Positions 9,147 through 18,548 of a stretch of DNA of 64,000 bases are shown here, piece after piece. The translations under genes and the position numbers were made by a program. The stretch is from Candidatus Shapirobacteria bacterium (GTDB lineage Bacteria > Patescibacteriota > Microgenomatia > UBA12405): NCBI GenBank assembly GCA_041665485.1, contig JBAYIT010000003.1, positions 3,146 through 67,145 on the forward strand. The letters are read 5' to 3'. The notes beneath the pieces were generated by a model, which was not told where the DNA came from, searched no databases, and was given only the letters and a program-made list of their open reading frames with translations. How positions within the stretch are numbered: the first letter of the stretch is position 1; each line of letters opens with the position of its first letter.

Positions 9147-9347
9147 ATGAAAAAATCTGATAAAATTGCCACCAAAGACAAGTCGATTGCCAGCCTTTTG
9201 ATCGATATCAAAGAACAGCAAAAGAAATTAGCTGATGCCCGAATCGGTTTTCATCAGGGTCAACTTCGTGACACTTCAGTCTTTAAAAAAATCGGTTATC
9301 AAATTGCCTATTTTAAAACCTTAATCGGTCAAAAATCAAAATCATGA
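9147..9347 (+). CDS. rpmC: 50S ribosomal protein L29
   Basis: 66-aa L29 in the conserved position. Confidence 0.85.
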   Translation: MKKSDKIATKDKSIASLLIDIKEQQKKLADARIGFHQGQLRDTSVFKKIGYQIAYFKTLIGQKSKS

Positions 9348-9589
9348 AAACTTTTACCGGCCAGGTCGTCTCCGACAAAATGACCAATACCATCGTTATT
9401 TCTCTCGAATACAAATATCGCCATCCTCTTTACAAAAAAATCCTTAAAAAACACAAGAAAATTTATTCCGAAAACAATCTTGGCGCTAAGGTCGGCGACA
9501 CGGTCAAAGTCCGAGAAGTTAGGCCTTTAAGTCGTCTCAAGCGTTTCACCATCATTAACATTGTCAAATCTTCCTCACCTCAATTATGA
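9344..9589 (+). CDS. rpsQ: 30S ribosomal protein S17
   Basis: 81-aa S17 homolog. Confidence 0.9.
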   Translation: MKTFTGQVVSDKMTNTIVISLEYKYRHPLYKKILKKHKKIYSENNLGAKVGDTVKVREVRPLSRLKRFTIINIVKSSSPQL

Positions 9590-9954
9590 TTCAATTAAGA
9601 TCTTTTATCACTCCCGCCGACAACTGTGGTGCCAAAAGGTTGCAGGTAATGCATCTCTATCGTGGCTTCCGTCATCGTCAGTCCGGTATCGGCGACACTG
9701 TTCTTGCTGTTGTTAAAGACGCCCTTCCCAATTCTATGGTCAAAAAGAAAGACAAAGTTAAAGTTGTCATCGTTCGCACCAAAAAAGAAATTGGCCGAAC
9801 CGATGGTTCTCACATTCGTTTTTCCGATAATGCCGGTGTTATTATCGACACTCAAAACAATCCCCGTGGCACCCGTATTTTTGGGCCGATTGCCAGAGAA
9901 ATCAAAGATGCTGGTTTTAATAAAATTGCCTCCATGGCCAAGGAGGTTTACTAA
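9586..9954 (+). CDS. rplN: 50S ribosomal protein L14
   Basis: 122-aa L14 homolog. Confidence 0.95.
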   Translation: MIQLRSFITPADNCGAKRLQVMHLYRGFRHRQSGIGDTVLAVVKDALPNSMVKKKDKVKVVIVRTKKEIGRTDGSHIRFSDNAGVIIDTQNNPRGTRIFGPIAREIKDAGFNKIASMAKEVY

Positions 9955-9960
9955 TCCAAA

Positions 9961-10284
9961 ATGAAGATCTTAAAAGGTGATAAAGTTTCCATTATTGTTG
10001 GCAAAGATAAGGGTCGCAGTGGCGAAGTTATTCGCGCCATCCCCAAGTCTCTTAAAGTTGTCGTCAAAGGTCTCAATCTCTTTAAAAAACACATCAAACC
10101 GGCTCAAGGTCGCCCCGGGGCAATTGTTGAAAAAGAACGTCCGCTTCTAGTTTCAAAAGTTATGTTCATCTGTCCCAGCTGTCAAAAGCCCGCCCGTGTT
10201 GGCTACCAGATCAACGATTCCAAGCAAAAAAGCCGTATTTGTCGCCGTTGTAAAGCCATTATTACTCGTCCAGTTAGCAAATAA
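9961..10284 (+). CDS. rplX: 50S ribosomal protein L24 with C-terminal CxxC...CxxC extension
   Basis: 107 aa with a KOW domain plus a C-terminal 'CPSC...CRRC' motif. Confidence 0.9.
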   Translation: MKILKGDKVSIIVGKDKGRSGEVIRAIPKSLKVVVKGLNLFKKHIKPAQGRPGAIVEKERPLLVSKVMFICPSCQKPARVGYQINDSKQKSRICRRCKAIITRPVSK

Positions 10285-10286
10285 CT

Positions 10287-10823
10287 ATGTCTCTCATAAA
10301 CCTTCCCGAAATTCAAAAAACTCTCCAGGCCGAGCTTAAAAGGGCCAATATTAACTCCTTGCCCCGTCTCGATAAAGTCGTCCTCAATTATCGTATTGCC
10401 GATAGTCGCGACAGTCAGGAAGCTATGGCCGCCGCTGAAGTTGAACTTCAAGCAATTTCTGGGCAAAAACCACGTCTTTGTCGTTCTAAAAAAGCCGTTG
10501 CTAGCTTCAAACTCCGCCAAAACGAACCCTTGGCCTACAAAGTAACTCTTCGCGGTGTTCGGATGTATAACTTCATCACCAATCTTTTTAACCTCGTTTT
10601 GCCTCGTCTTCGTGATTTTAAAGGCTTACCTATCGATGCTTTCGATGATCAGGGCAACTATAGTCTAACTCTCAAAGATCAAACCTATTTTCCCGAAATT
10701 GATTTAGATAAAGTCAATAAAATCCGCTCTCTTCAGGTTACCTTAAGCATTTCCTCTTCTTCAAAAACCGACTCAAAAATGTTATTATCGGCCCTAGGTC
10801 TTCCATTCCAGAAGACCAATTAA
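10287..10823 (+). CDS. rplE: 50S ribosomal protein L5
   Basis: 178-aa L5 homolog. Confidence 0.93.
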   Translation: MSLINLPEIQKTLQAELKRANINSLPRLDKVVLNYRIADSRDSQEAMAAAEVELQAISGQKPRLCRSKKAVASFKLRQNEPLAYKVTLRGVRMYNFITNLFNLVLPRLRDFKGLPIDAFDDQGNYSLTLKDQTYFPEIDLDKVNKIRSLQVTLSISSSSKTDSKMLLSALGLPFQKTN

Positions 10824-10825
10824 TT

Positions 10826-11011
10826 ATGGCAACAGAAGCAAAAATTGCTCGTGAGCACAAAAAACTGAAATATAAGGTTCAGTATCACAACCGTTGTCAG
10901 CTTTGTGGTCGCCCCCGAGCCTATATTCGGCTCGTTGGTCTTTGTCGCCTTTGCTTCCGTCGTTTAGCCAATCAAGGGGTATTACCCGGAATTAAAAGAA
11001 GCAGTTGGTAA
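10826..11011 (+). CDS. rpsZ: 30S ribosomal protein S14 type Z (zinc-binding)
   Basis: 61 aa with 'CQLCGRP...CRLCFR'. Confidence 0.93.
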   Translation: MATEAKIAREHKKLKYKVQYHNRCQLCGRPRAYIRLVGLCRLCFRRLANQGVLPGIKRSSW

Positions 11012-11017
11012 ATAAAT

Positions 11018-11407
11018 ATGATTAACTCACCCGCCACCGATTTTCTCATTAGACTAAAAAATGCCTATCTTGCTGGCAACAGCAAAACTACTTCGCCTTT
11101 TTCCGGTTTCCGTGTTAGCTTGGCGGAACTGCTCAAGAAATATCATTATATTGCCGACTTCTCCATTGAAGGTGAAATCAAAAAAACTATTTCCATTAAA
11201 CTCAATTCCATTGGTAATGGTCTCCGGATTTCTTCCGTCAGAGTAATTTCCCGTCCCGGTCGCCGTATCTATGGCGGTGTCAGCGAAATTCCTTGGGGCA
11301 AAACCCCCGATTCATTAATAATTGTTTCTACTTCCTCCGGAGTTCTCTCCCAAAAAGAGGCCGTTGCCCAAAAAATTGGCGGCGAATTAGTTGCCGAAGT
11401 TTTTTAA
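11018..11407 (+). CDS. rpsH: 30S ribosomal protein S8
   Basis: 129-aa S8 homolog. Confidence 0.92.
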   Translation: MINSPATDFLIRLKNAYLAGNSKTTSPFSGFRVSLAELLKKYHYIADFSIEGEIKKTISIKLNSIGNGLRISSVRVISRPGRRIYGGVSEIPWGKTPDSLIIVSTSSGVLSQKEAVAQKIGGELVAEVF

Positions 11408-11413
11408 CTTACT

Positions 11414-11953
11414 ATGTCCCGCTTAGCCAAAAAATCACTTACCATCCCCTCAGAAGTCGCCGTGACTCAAGACCAGTTCACTATCACTATTACTGGTCCT
11501 AAGGGAAAGCTTGTTATGCCTTTACCGGCCAAAATTGAAGTTAAGGTCGACGGTCAGGAGGCTAGTGTTCGGCGTTTGGGCGACGATCGTCAAACCCGGG
11601 CTAATTTAGGCACTACTTGGTCAATTTTAAAGAATCATCTGGCTGGTGTCGTCACTCCTTGGCAAAAATCAATGGAAATTCGTGGCACCGGTTACAAATT
11701 TGCTATTAAAGAAAATATATTAGTTATTACTTGCGGTTTCATTCATCCGGTTGAAATAAAGCTTCCCGAAGGTGTTACTGCCGTTCTTACTGAAGAAACT
11801 AAAGCTGTTCTCACTGGTTGCAATCGGGAAATTGTTGGCCAAGTCGCCAGCAACATCCGCAAAGCTAAGCCCCCCGAGCCTTATAAAGGCAAAGGTATCC
11901 GTTACCTTAATGAATTTGTTAAACTTAAAGCCGGCAAAACCGCCAAAGCCTAA
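11414..11953 (+). CDS. rplF: 50S ribosomal protein L6
   Basis: 179-aa L6 homolog. Confidence 0.92.
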   Translation: MSRLAKKSLTIPSEVAVTQDQFTITITGPKGKLVMPLPAKIEVKVDGQEASVRRLGDDRQTRANLGTTWSILKNHLAGVVTPWQKSMEIRGTGYKFAIKENILVITCGFIHPVEIKLPEGVTAVLTEETKAVLTGCNREIVGQVASNIRKAKPPEPYKGKGIRYLNEFVKLKAGKTAKA

Positions 11954-11961
11954 AAACTAAT

Positions 11962-12309
11962 ATGATTAATCAAAATCCCATTATTCGTCGTCTCCGTCGT
12001 GTCCGCGCCAAGTTGAAAGCGGTCTCTGACTTGCCTCGTCTTTCTATTTTCCGTAGTCATCGTCATATTTTTGCTCAAGTTATCGACGATAAAACTGCCA
12101 AAGTTATTACCGCTTTTTCCACTAAAACCAAAAAAGCCAAAATCACCGGCACTAAATCAGAACAGGCCCAAGAGGTCGGTCGTCAGATTGCCAAATTGGC
12201 TATCAGTAAAAAAATCCGTAAAGTTAAGTTTGACCGCGGTTCATACCGTTACCACGGTCGAGTTAAATCATTAGCTACAGGCGCCCGTGAGGCTGGCCTG
12301 AAATTTTAA
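11962..12309 (+). CDS. rplR: 50S ribosomal protein L18
   Basis: 115-aa L18 homolog. Confidence 0.9.
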   Translation: MINQNPIIRRLRRVRAKLKAVSDLPRLSIFRSHRHIFAQVIDDKTAKVITAFSTKTKKAKITGTKSEQAQEVGRQIAKLAISKKIRKVKFDRGSYRYHGRVKSLATGAREAGLKF

Positions 12310-12313
12310 ATCT

Positions 12314-12760
12314 ATGGAATACACGCCAAAAGTTGAATCAGAGTTTTCCGACAAAGTTGTCGAAATTAAAAAGGTTACCAAAAAAACCAAAGGTGGCAAC
12401 CAGATGTCTTTCACTGCTCTGGTAGTTTCCGGCGATCGCAAAACTAGAGTCGGCGTTGGTTTAGGTAAAGCCAAAAGTGTTGCCGATGCCATCCAAAAAG
12501 GTATTCAAAAAGCCCGTAAATGTTTAATTACCGTTCCAATTGTTAACGGCACCATCCCCTCCGAAGTCACTCTCAAATTTAAAGGAGCCATAATTCTTAT
12601 TCGTCCCGGTAAAAAGGGAAGTGGTTTAATCGCCGGCGGTCCTGTCCGGGCAGTTGTCGAGAATTCCGGTATCAAAGATATTGCCAGCAAAATCATCGGC
12701 TCCAAAAACAAATCAGTTAATGTTTGGGCAACTTTCAAAGCCCTCCAAATGTTGTCATGA
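12314..12760 (+). CDS. rpsE: 30S ribosomal protein S5
   Basis: 148-aa S5 homolog. Confidence 0.93.
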   Translation: MEYTPKVESEFSDKVVEIKKVTKKTKGGNQMSFTALVVSGDRKTRVGVGLGKAKSVADAIQKGIQKARKCLITVPIVNGTIPSEVTLKFKGAIILIRPGKKGSGLIAGGPVRAVVENSGIKDIASKIIGSKNKSVNVWATFKALQMLS

Positions 12761-13179
12761 ACATCCTTTCTGCTCTAACTCCCATTAAAGATAAGTCCGC
12801 CAAACGTCGTGGTCGGGGTATTGGTAGCTGTAAAGGTGGCCACACCACCGGTCGTGGTGCTAAAGGTGACAAAGTTAGAGGTAAAACCAAAATCACTTTT
12901 GACGGCACCAAAATTAAAAAATCATGGATTAAAAGACTTCCGTTTTTGCGGGGTAAACATCGTCTTCTTGCCCAGTCAAAATTCTCTGTTTTTAATCTCT
13001 CCCGCATCGACGCTCTCTTTGCTAAAGCCGGTGCCATTGTCACCCCCAAGGATTTGGGGCAAAAATCTGCCAAGATTCTTGGCTTTGGCAATCTAACTAA
13101 AGCTCTCACTTTTAAAGGTTTTTCTGTTTCCCAATCTGCTAAGACCAAAATTATCGCTGCGGGTGGTAAGATTGACTAA
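12757..13179 (+). CDS. rplO: 50S ribosomal protein L15
   Basis: L15 homolog. The ATG at 12757 overlaps the rpsE stop (ATGA). The longer ORF from 12724 is probably not used. Confidence 0.88.
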   Translation: MNILSALTPIKDKSAKRRGRGIGSCKGGHTTGRGAKGDKVRGKTKITFDGTKIKKSWIKRLPFLRGKHRLLAQSKFSVFNLSRIDALFAKAGAIVTPKDLGQKSAKILGFGNLTKALTFKGFSVSQSAKTKIIAAGGKID

Positions 13180-14459
13180 TGAACCGAATTTTAGAGTCGC
13201 TCAAGATTTATATTGAAGGGCTCAAAACCCCTCATTTACGCAAAAAGATTCTCTACACTTTGGGTATTCTTGTCCTCTTTCGTTTTATCGCCCATGTCCC
13301 CGTTCCCGGCGTAAATCTGGCTCTCCTAAAAAGTTTTTTCAGTCAAAATCAGCTTCTCTCCCTTCTTGATATTTTTTCCGGTGGCACTCTGGCCAATTTT
13401 TCTATTGCCGCTCTTGGTCTTAATCCCTATATTAATGCTTCGGTTATGATGCAACTTCTCACCCTTGTCTCTCCCAAATTGGAGGAGCTAAGCAAAGAAG
13501 GGGAGTATGGCCGGGCCAAAATTAATCAATACACCAGAATTGCCACTATCCCTCTCTCCCTTTTTCAAGCCATCGGTATGTATGGCATTCTTCACTCTCA
13601 AAACATTATTAGTACTCTTTCCCCCTTAACTTTAGTTGCTCTGGTTTTGAGTATGGTTGCCGGCACCATGGTCATGATCTTCTTAGGTGAACTTATCAAC
13701 CAATATGGTATCGGCAATGGTATCTCCGTTCTTATTTTTGCTGGTATTATTGCCCGTATGCCCATCAGTCTTTTTCAAACATTTTCCGTTTCTGACCTCT
13801 CTGATCCTCAAGTTAGTTTTAATTTAATCATCTTTTTAACCCTCGCCTTCTTTATGGTTTTAGGTATTGTTATGGTTGAAGAGGCTATTTTGCGGGTTCC
13901 TATCCATTACGCCAAAAGAGGTCAAACCACCTATCTTCCCATTAAAGTTGATACTTCTGGTGTTATGCCCATTATTTTCGCCGTCTCTCTGGCCACTATT
14001 CCCAGCCTTTTGGGTCAATATCTTGGCCGTCTTCCCAATACTGCCATTGCTAATCTGGCTCTTGGTATCTCCCGAGTTTTCCGCACCAGTGGCTATCCCT
14101 ATATCATCTTTTATTTTCTCTTAGTCATTGCCTTTACTTTTTTCTACACTTCTGTCGTCTTCAAGCCCAAAGATATTGCCGACGAACTCCGTAAATCCGG
14201 TGGATTCATCCCCGGTATTCGCCCAGGGTCAGCCACTGAAAATCGTCTCAAATATCTCATTAATCGGGTGGTTGCTGTCGGTGCTGTTTTTCTTGGTGTT
14301 ATCGCCGTCACTCCCTCAATAGTTTCTAATATGACCGGCCTCACTACTCTGACTATCGGCGGTACTAGTGTTTTAATTGTCGTTTCCGTCGTCATCGACA
14401 TCACCCGTAAAATCGAGAACGTCGTCCAAACCTACAATTACGACAAAATAACTTATTAA
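13179..14459 (+). CDS. secY: preprotein translocase subunit SecY
   Basis: 426-aa polytopic membrane protein in the conserved post-L15 position. Confidence 0.93.
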   Translation: MNRILESLKIYIEGLKTPHLRKKILYTLGILVLFRFIAHVPVPGVNLALLKSFFSQNQLLSLLDIFSGGTLANFSIAALGLNPYINASVMMQLLTLVSPKLEELSKEGEYGRAKINQYTRIATIPLSLFQAIGMYGILHSQNIISTLSPLTLVALVLSMVAGTMVMIFLGELINQYGIGNGISVLIFAGIIARMPISLFQTFSVSDLSDPQVSFNLIIFLTLAFFMVLGIVMVEEAILRVPIHYAKRGQTTYLPIKVDTSGVMPIIFAVSLATIPSLLGQYLGRLPNTAIANLALGISRVFRTSGYPYIIFYFLLVIAFTFFYTSVVFKPKDIADELRKSGGFIPGIRPGSATENRLKYLINRVVAVGAVFLGVIAVTPSIVSNMTGLTTLTIGGTSVLIVVSVVIDITRKIENVVQTYNYDKITY

Positions 14460-14467
14460 AGTTTACA

Positions 14468-14779
14468 GTGACAAAAACGTCTCCAGTCCTATATATAATC
14501 GCAACTTTAATTATTTTTCTACTTGTTTACCTTCTTGTATCTTATCAATTTGTCAACTTAGGTAAAACTGATCCAGAGTGTGTTAGGCCAAGCTGTAGCG
14601 AACAGGGTTGTGTTCTTAAATCTGAATACGAAAAAAACCCTTGGGACACAACCTGTGAATATCGGCCTATTTATGGTTGTCAAAGTAGATATACCAATTG
14701 CCTTTATGACGGGAAAAGTAAATGCAACATAAAAGAGTCTATTGCTTATAAAATTTGTAAATTAACAAACAAAGAATGA
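14468..14779 (+). CDS. small membrane-anchored Cys-rich protein (hypothetical) between secY and adk
   Basis: 103 aa with a GTG start, an N-terminal TM helix and 10 Cys in the remainder. Confidence 0.4.
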   Translation: MTKTSPVLYIIATLIIFLLVYLLVSYQFVNLGKTDPECVRPSCSEQGCVLKSEYEKNPWDTTCEYRPIYGCQSRYTNCLYDGKSKCNIKESIAYKICKLTNKE

Positions 14780-15354
14780 AATTAAACCTTTTTATCATCG
14801 GACCAAGCGGTTGTGGTAAATCCACTCAAGCCAAGCTTATTGCCGATAAATACGGCCTTACTCATCTCTCTATGGGTCAGCTTTTGCGTGACGAAATTGC
14901 TCAAAAATCTAAACTAGGTTTACAAGCCCAAAGTTTTATTGAACAAGGTGTGTGGGTTCCCGATGATTTAATTTTTGACGTATTAACACCCAACTTAGAA
15001 AAATTAAACAACGACAATTTTATTGTCGATGGCTTCCCTCGGGTCCTAAATCAAGGCAAAATTGTCGAGTATTATCTTAAAACCAACCAAAAATCTTTTT
15101 CTCTTCTTATTCATCTTGATGTTACTTTCGAAGAAATTCTTGCCCGTCGAGCCAAAATGGGCGCCGAGTTTCAGGATCAAGGCCGAACCGATAACACTCC
15201 CGAAGCTGTTAAACAACGCCAGCAGTCTTATCTAGAAACCGTCAATCCCATTAAAGATTATTTCCGATCTCTGGGAAAATTATTTGACGTCAATGGCAAC
15301 CGCCCCATCGAACCAATTTTTGAAGACATTTGCAAAGCCATTGACTCTATATAG
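14776..15354 (+). CDS. adk: adenylate kinase
   Basis: 192 aa with the 'IIGPSGCGKSTQA' P-loop and a 'VDGFPR' motif. Short lid without zinc ligands. Confidence 0.9.
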   Translation: MKLNLFIIGPSGCGKSTQAKLIADKYGLTHLSMGQLLRDEIAQKSKLGLQAQSFIEQGVWVPDDLIFDVLTPNLEKLNNDNFIVDGFPRVLNQGKIVEYYLKTNQKSFSLLIHLDVTFEEILARRAKMGAEFQDQGRTDNTPEAVKQRQQSYLETVNPIKDYFRSLGKLFDVNGNRPIEPIFEDICKAIDSI

Positions 15355-15374
15355 AAACCATATATAATCCATAT

Positions 15375-15659
15375 ATGTATCCACAACCAACCAAAGTCCA
15401 CCAAAAATTAATTAGTTTTCCTGACCCTATCTATACCCGTCTTTTAGAACGGTCAAAAAAATCTGGTTTCTCCTTTTCCGAGTACATTCGGATGATGTCG
15501 TTTCTCCATCTTAGAGAACCCGAGCCATTTGAAGAGGTCGAAGTTTTAGATGCCAAAACCTCAAAAGAAGTTGAAGCCTCTCTTAAAGAATTTCGGGAGG
15601 GTAGATATCACACCTTCAAAACCATGTCCGAGTTCAAAAAGTATTTCGACAAACTTTAG
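15375..15659 (+). CDS. type II antitoxin, ribbon-helix-helix (CopG/RelB-like)
   Basis: 94 aa. The N-terminal 'ISFPDPIYTRLLERSKKSGFSFSEYIRMM' is a classic RHH. Confidence 0.6.
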   Translation: MYPQPTKVHQKLISFPDPIYTRLLERSKKSGFSFSEYIRMMSFLHLREPEPFEEVEVLDAKTSKEVEASLKEFREGRYHTFKTMSEFKKYFDKL

Positions 15660-15661
15660 TT

Positions 15662-15949
15662 ATGTATCAGGCAATTACTACTCCACTTTTTGAGAAAAAA
15701 TTTTCCAAACTTACTAAAAATAATCCCTTGCTTAGAAAACAAATTTACCAGACCGTCGAGACTTTAAAATTAGATCCATACTATGCTGGTTTAAAAACTC
15801 ATAAGGTTAATTTTGGTTCGGGTATCACCGCTAGAAGCTCTCGGGTAACTGGTGATATTCGTTTAATTTGGAATTTTACTAAAGAAAAATTAGTTATTCT
15901 TCTTCTCAACCTCGGTCCCCACTCCGGCTCCAAAAAAGTTTACAAATGA
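15662..15949 (+). CDS. type II toxin, RelE/ParE superfamily
   Basis: 95 aa. 'SRVTGDIRLIWNFTKEKLVILLLNLGPHS' fits the RelE/YafQ C-terminal pattern. Starts 3 nt after the antitoxin stop. Confidence 0.6.
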   Translation: MYQAITTPLFEKKFSKLTKNNPLLRKQIYQTVETLKLDPYYAGLKTHKVNFGSGITARSSRVTGDIRLIWNFTKEKLVILLLNLGPHSGSKKVYK

Positions 15950-16902
15950 AAATTAGCCTCTATCTCACCACCTCCCTAAATGGCCTAACCACCAGATTTG
16001 GCGATGACACCAACTGGGCCGACGATTGGGATATTTTAAATAACCACATTAAAGAGAACGGGCTGATTGTTATGGGCAAAAGGACTTATCGATTTGCCAA
16101 AGGAGTATTCCCCTATAAAAACGCCCTAAATGTGGTCTTAACACACGATCAAAAATTACTATCTCAAAAAAATGACGATAAGTCATTATTTTTGAATAAA
16201 TCACCAAGAGATCTGGTTAAGTATCTATCAAATTTAAAATACAAAAACCTCCTTCTAATTGGCGGTCAAAAAACCATTACTCAATTTTTTCAAGAAAATT
16301 TAATTGATGAAATTTTCGTAACCGTCTCTCCTTGTATTTTTGGCAACGGTAAAAATATAATCAAAAAAAGCCTTGTCGACTGTAAACTTAAAATACTAAA
16401 CACAAAAACAAAAAACGGCCTGGTGGAATTACATTACCAAGTTGTTAAGCCAGTTTTAACAATTCGTCAATTCAAAGCCACCGAAATACCGTTAATTAAG
16501 AAATTTTTGGTTAAGATATTCTCTGAGTTTGGTTGGAAAATTGAACCACAATATGATTCTGATTTAGATGACATGGTCAAGTTCTATAACCCCGCCGACA
16601 ATAGTATTTTCTATGTTGTTGTTGATGGTAATAAAATCATTGGAACTGCCGGAATAAAAAATAAAGGTAATGGAATTGCCGAGATTAAAAAAATGTTTTT
16701 AGCATCTGATTATCGAGGCCGTGGCTTGGGAAATAGATTATTAACTAAAATTATTAATTTTTGCCAAGACAAAAAATATCAAAAAATAGTCTTAATCACC
16801 GATCCCAAACTCAAAGTTGCCCATAAGTTATACGAAAAACATGGTTTTTCTGTGACAAAAATAATCAAAGATGATATACATATGGCAAAGTTGTTAAGTT
16901 AA
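15946..16902 (+). CDS. fusion protein: DHFR-like (RibD C-terminal-type reductase) domain + GNAT N-acetyltransferase domain
   Basis: 318 aa. The N-terminal half ('ISLYLTTSLNG...LLLIGGQKTITQF') resembles the RibD_C/DHFR fold. The C-terminal half ('IGTAGIKNKGNGIAEIKKMFLASDYRGRGLGNRLL') is a GNAT. Confidence 0.55.
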   Translation: MKISLYLTTSLNGLTTRFGDDTNWADDWDILNNHIKENGLIVMGKRTYRFAKGVFPYKNALNVVLTHDQKLLSQKNDDKSLFLNKSPRDLVKYLSNLKYKNLLLIGGQKTITQFFQENLIDEIFVTVSPCIFGNGKNIIKKSLVDCKLKILNTKTKNGLVELHYQVVKPVLTIRQFKATEIPLIKKFLVKIFSEFGWKIEPQYDSDLDDMVKFYNPADNSIFYVVVDGNKIIGTAGIKNKGNGIAEIKKMFLASDYRGRGLGNRLLTKIINFCQDKKYQKIVLITDPKLKVAHKLYEKHGFSVTKIIKDDIHMAKLLS

Positions 16903-16905
16903 TTT

Positions 16906-17646
16906 ATGAAGATAACCGATTCATATCAAAAAATATTTAAAAATAAAAAGAGAATACTCGTGGTCTTAGCTCATCCCGATGACAACGAGATTATTTGTGG
17001 CGGTTTGGTTGCAAGATTGATATCAGATAAGAAAAAAGTTCGCCTTCTGTCGATGACTAATGGTGGCAAAGGTGTTCGAGAGAGGAACGATATTTCGGAA
17101 AAAGAATTTGCCGAAATCCGCAAAAACGAACAAATCAATGCCGGCAAACAACTCGGTGTCTCATCTAACGAAATTTTTAATTTAGACATTCCCGATGGAG
17201 AATTGGAAACTAACCTTGATGCCATTAAAAAAGTGGTTTATCATCTGCGCCAATTTCAGCCCGATATAATTATTACCCACAACCCCGAAGAGATTATTAA
17301 TTGGTACTCAAAATCGGTTGGTTGGGTCAATCACCGCGATCACCGGCATACCGCCGAGATTTTATTAGATGCCACTTATCCTTATTGTCGAGACAGAGCC
17401 TTCTTTCCTGAACAATTTAAAATAAAGAATCTAAAACCTTGCTATGTTTCAGAGTATTTATTTTCTGATTCATACACTCACCCAGACGCAATCTGTTTTG
17501 ATGTTACCAGCTTTGTCGATAAAAAAAGAGTCGCCCTAAAAGAACATACTAATGGTCTAAATCAAGATGAAATTGACGGTTTTTTGGATGAAATCAAAAA
17601 AGGTACAAAAAGTTACGAGGTATTAAGATACGTAAATTTATCCTAA
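16906..17646 (+). CDS. PIG-L/LmbE-family N-acetylglucosaminyl deacetylase
   Basis: 246 aa with the 'VLAHPDDNEIICGG' signature of the LmbE/PIG-L family. Confidence 0.7.
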   Translation: MKITDSYQKIFKNKKRILVVLAHPDDNEIICGGLVARLISDKKKVRLLSMTNGGKGVRERNDISEKEFAEIRKNEQINAGKQLGVSSNEIFNLDIPDGELETNLDAIKKVVYHLRQFQPDIIITHNPEEIINWYSKSVGWVNHRDHRHTAEILLDATYPYCRDRAFFPEQFKIKNLKPCYVSEYLFSDSYTHPDAICFDVTSFVDKKRVALKEHTNGLNQDEIDGFLDEIKKGTKSYEVLRYVNLS

Positions 17647-17685
17647 ATTAAAATTATTAACTATTAACAAAAACTAAACCAATAA

Positions 17686-17889
17686 ATGAAAGAACCAACT
17701 GTTCGGGGTACTGTTACTGAAGTCCTGTCAAACCAGCTTTTTCGGGTTGAGCTGGAAGACAAGAAGTTAATTGTTTGCCATTTGGCCGGAAAGTTGCGCC
17801 TTCATCACATCCGCTGCCTGGCTGGCGACGCCGTCACCCTCGTCCTTTCCCCCGACGGTGACAAAGGTCGAATTGTCTACCGGGGATAA
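17686..17889 (+). CDS. infA: translation initiation factor IF-1
   Basis: 67 aa. 'GKLRLHHIRCLAGDAVTLVLSPDGDKGRIVYR' matches the IF-1 S1-like fold. Confidence 0.85.
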   Translation: MKEPTVRGTVTEVLSNQLFRVELEDKKLIVCHLAGKLRLHHIRCLAGDAVTLVLSPDGDKGRIVYRG

Positions 17890-17959
17890 TTTAAAATTTG
17901 ATATTAAAAATTGATTAAAAATTAAAAATTTCAAATTAAAAATTAGGCAAATTTGCCCT

Positions 17960-17988
17960 TTGCTATTAGCCATATTTTAGGTTACAAT
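17960..17988 (+). promoter_or_regulatory. promoter upstream of rpmJ-rpsM (-35 TTGCTA, 17 bp, -10 TACAAT)
   Basis: TTGCTA at 17960-17965 and TACAAT at 17983-17988. Preceded by AT-rich ATTAAAA repeats (17890-17946) and the palindrome GGCAAATTTGCC. Confidence 0.4.
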
Positions 17989-18004
17989 AGCCAAGTCATT
18001 TCCT

Positions 18005-18118
18005 ATGAAAGTCCAATCTAGTGTCAAACCTCGGTGTAAAAATTGTAAAGTTGTCATTCGTCGGGGTATTCGCCGGATTGTTTGTTCTATTAAAAAACAT
18101 ACCCAAAAACAGGGATAA
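18005..18118 (+). CDS. rpmJ: 50S ribosomal protein L36
   Basis: 37 aa 'MKVQSSVKPRCKNCKVVIRRGIRRIVCSIKKHTQKQG', below the ORF-track cutoff. Canonical C-x2-C...C-x-H L36. Confidence 0.9.
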   Translation: MKVQSSVKPRCKNCKVVIRRGIRRIVCSIKKHTQKQG

Positions 18119-18120
18119 TT

Positions 18121-18540
18121 ATGAGAATATCAGGTGTTGAAATTCCCGACAACGAAAGAGCTCAAGTTGGTTTAACTCGCTTTTTTGGCATCGGCCCTAA
18201 AAAAGTTCTTAGCTTGGCTAAAAAAGCCAATATTGATCTTAATACTAGAATTAAAGACCTCTCCCGCGATGATGTTGGTAATCTGATGAAGGCCCTCGAG
18301 TCTTTTTCCGTCGAAGGAGACCTTAAAAAAGACATTAGAGAGAACATTGATCGTCTAAAAGCTATTAAATGTTACCGTGGCATCCGTCATATCGTCGGTT
18401 TGCCCGTTCGTGGCCAGAGAACTAAGTCCAATTCCCGCACCCGTAAGGGTAAGAAGAAAACTGTTGGCTCTCTTACTAAGGAAGCATGGGCAAAGATTGA
18501 AACACAACAAAATGCCGCCGCTGCCGCCAAAAATAAATAA
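18121..18540 (+). CDS. rpsM: 30S ribosomal protein S13
   Basis: 139-aa S13 homolog. Confidence 0.92.
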   Translation: MRISGVEIPDNERAQVGLTRFFGIGPKKVLSLAKKANIDLNTRIKDLSRDDVGNLMKALESFSVEGDLKKDIRENIDRLKAIKCYRGIRHIVGLPVRGQRTKSNSRTRKGKKKTVGSLTKEAWAKIETQQNAAAAAKNK

Positions 18541-18548
18541 ACTCACTT

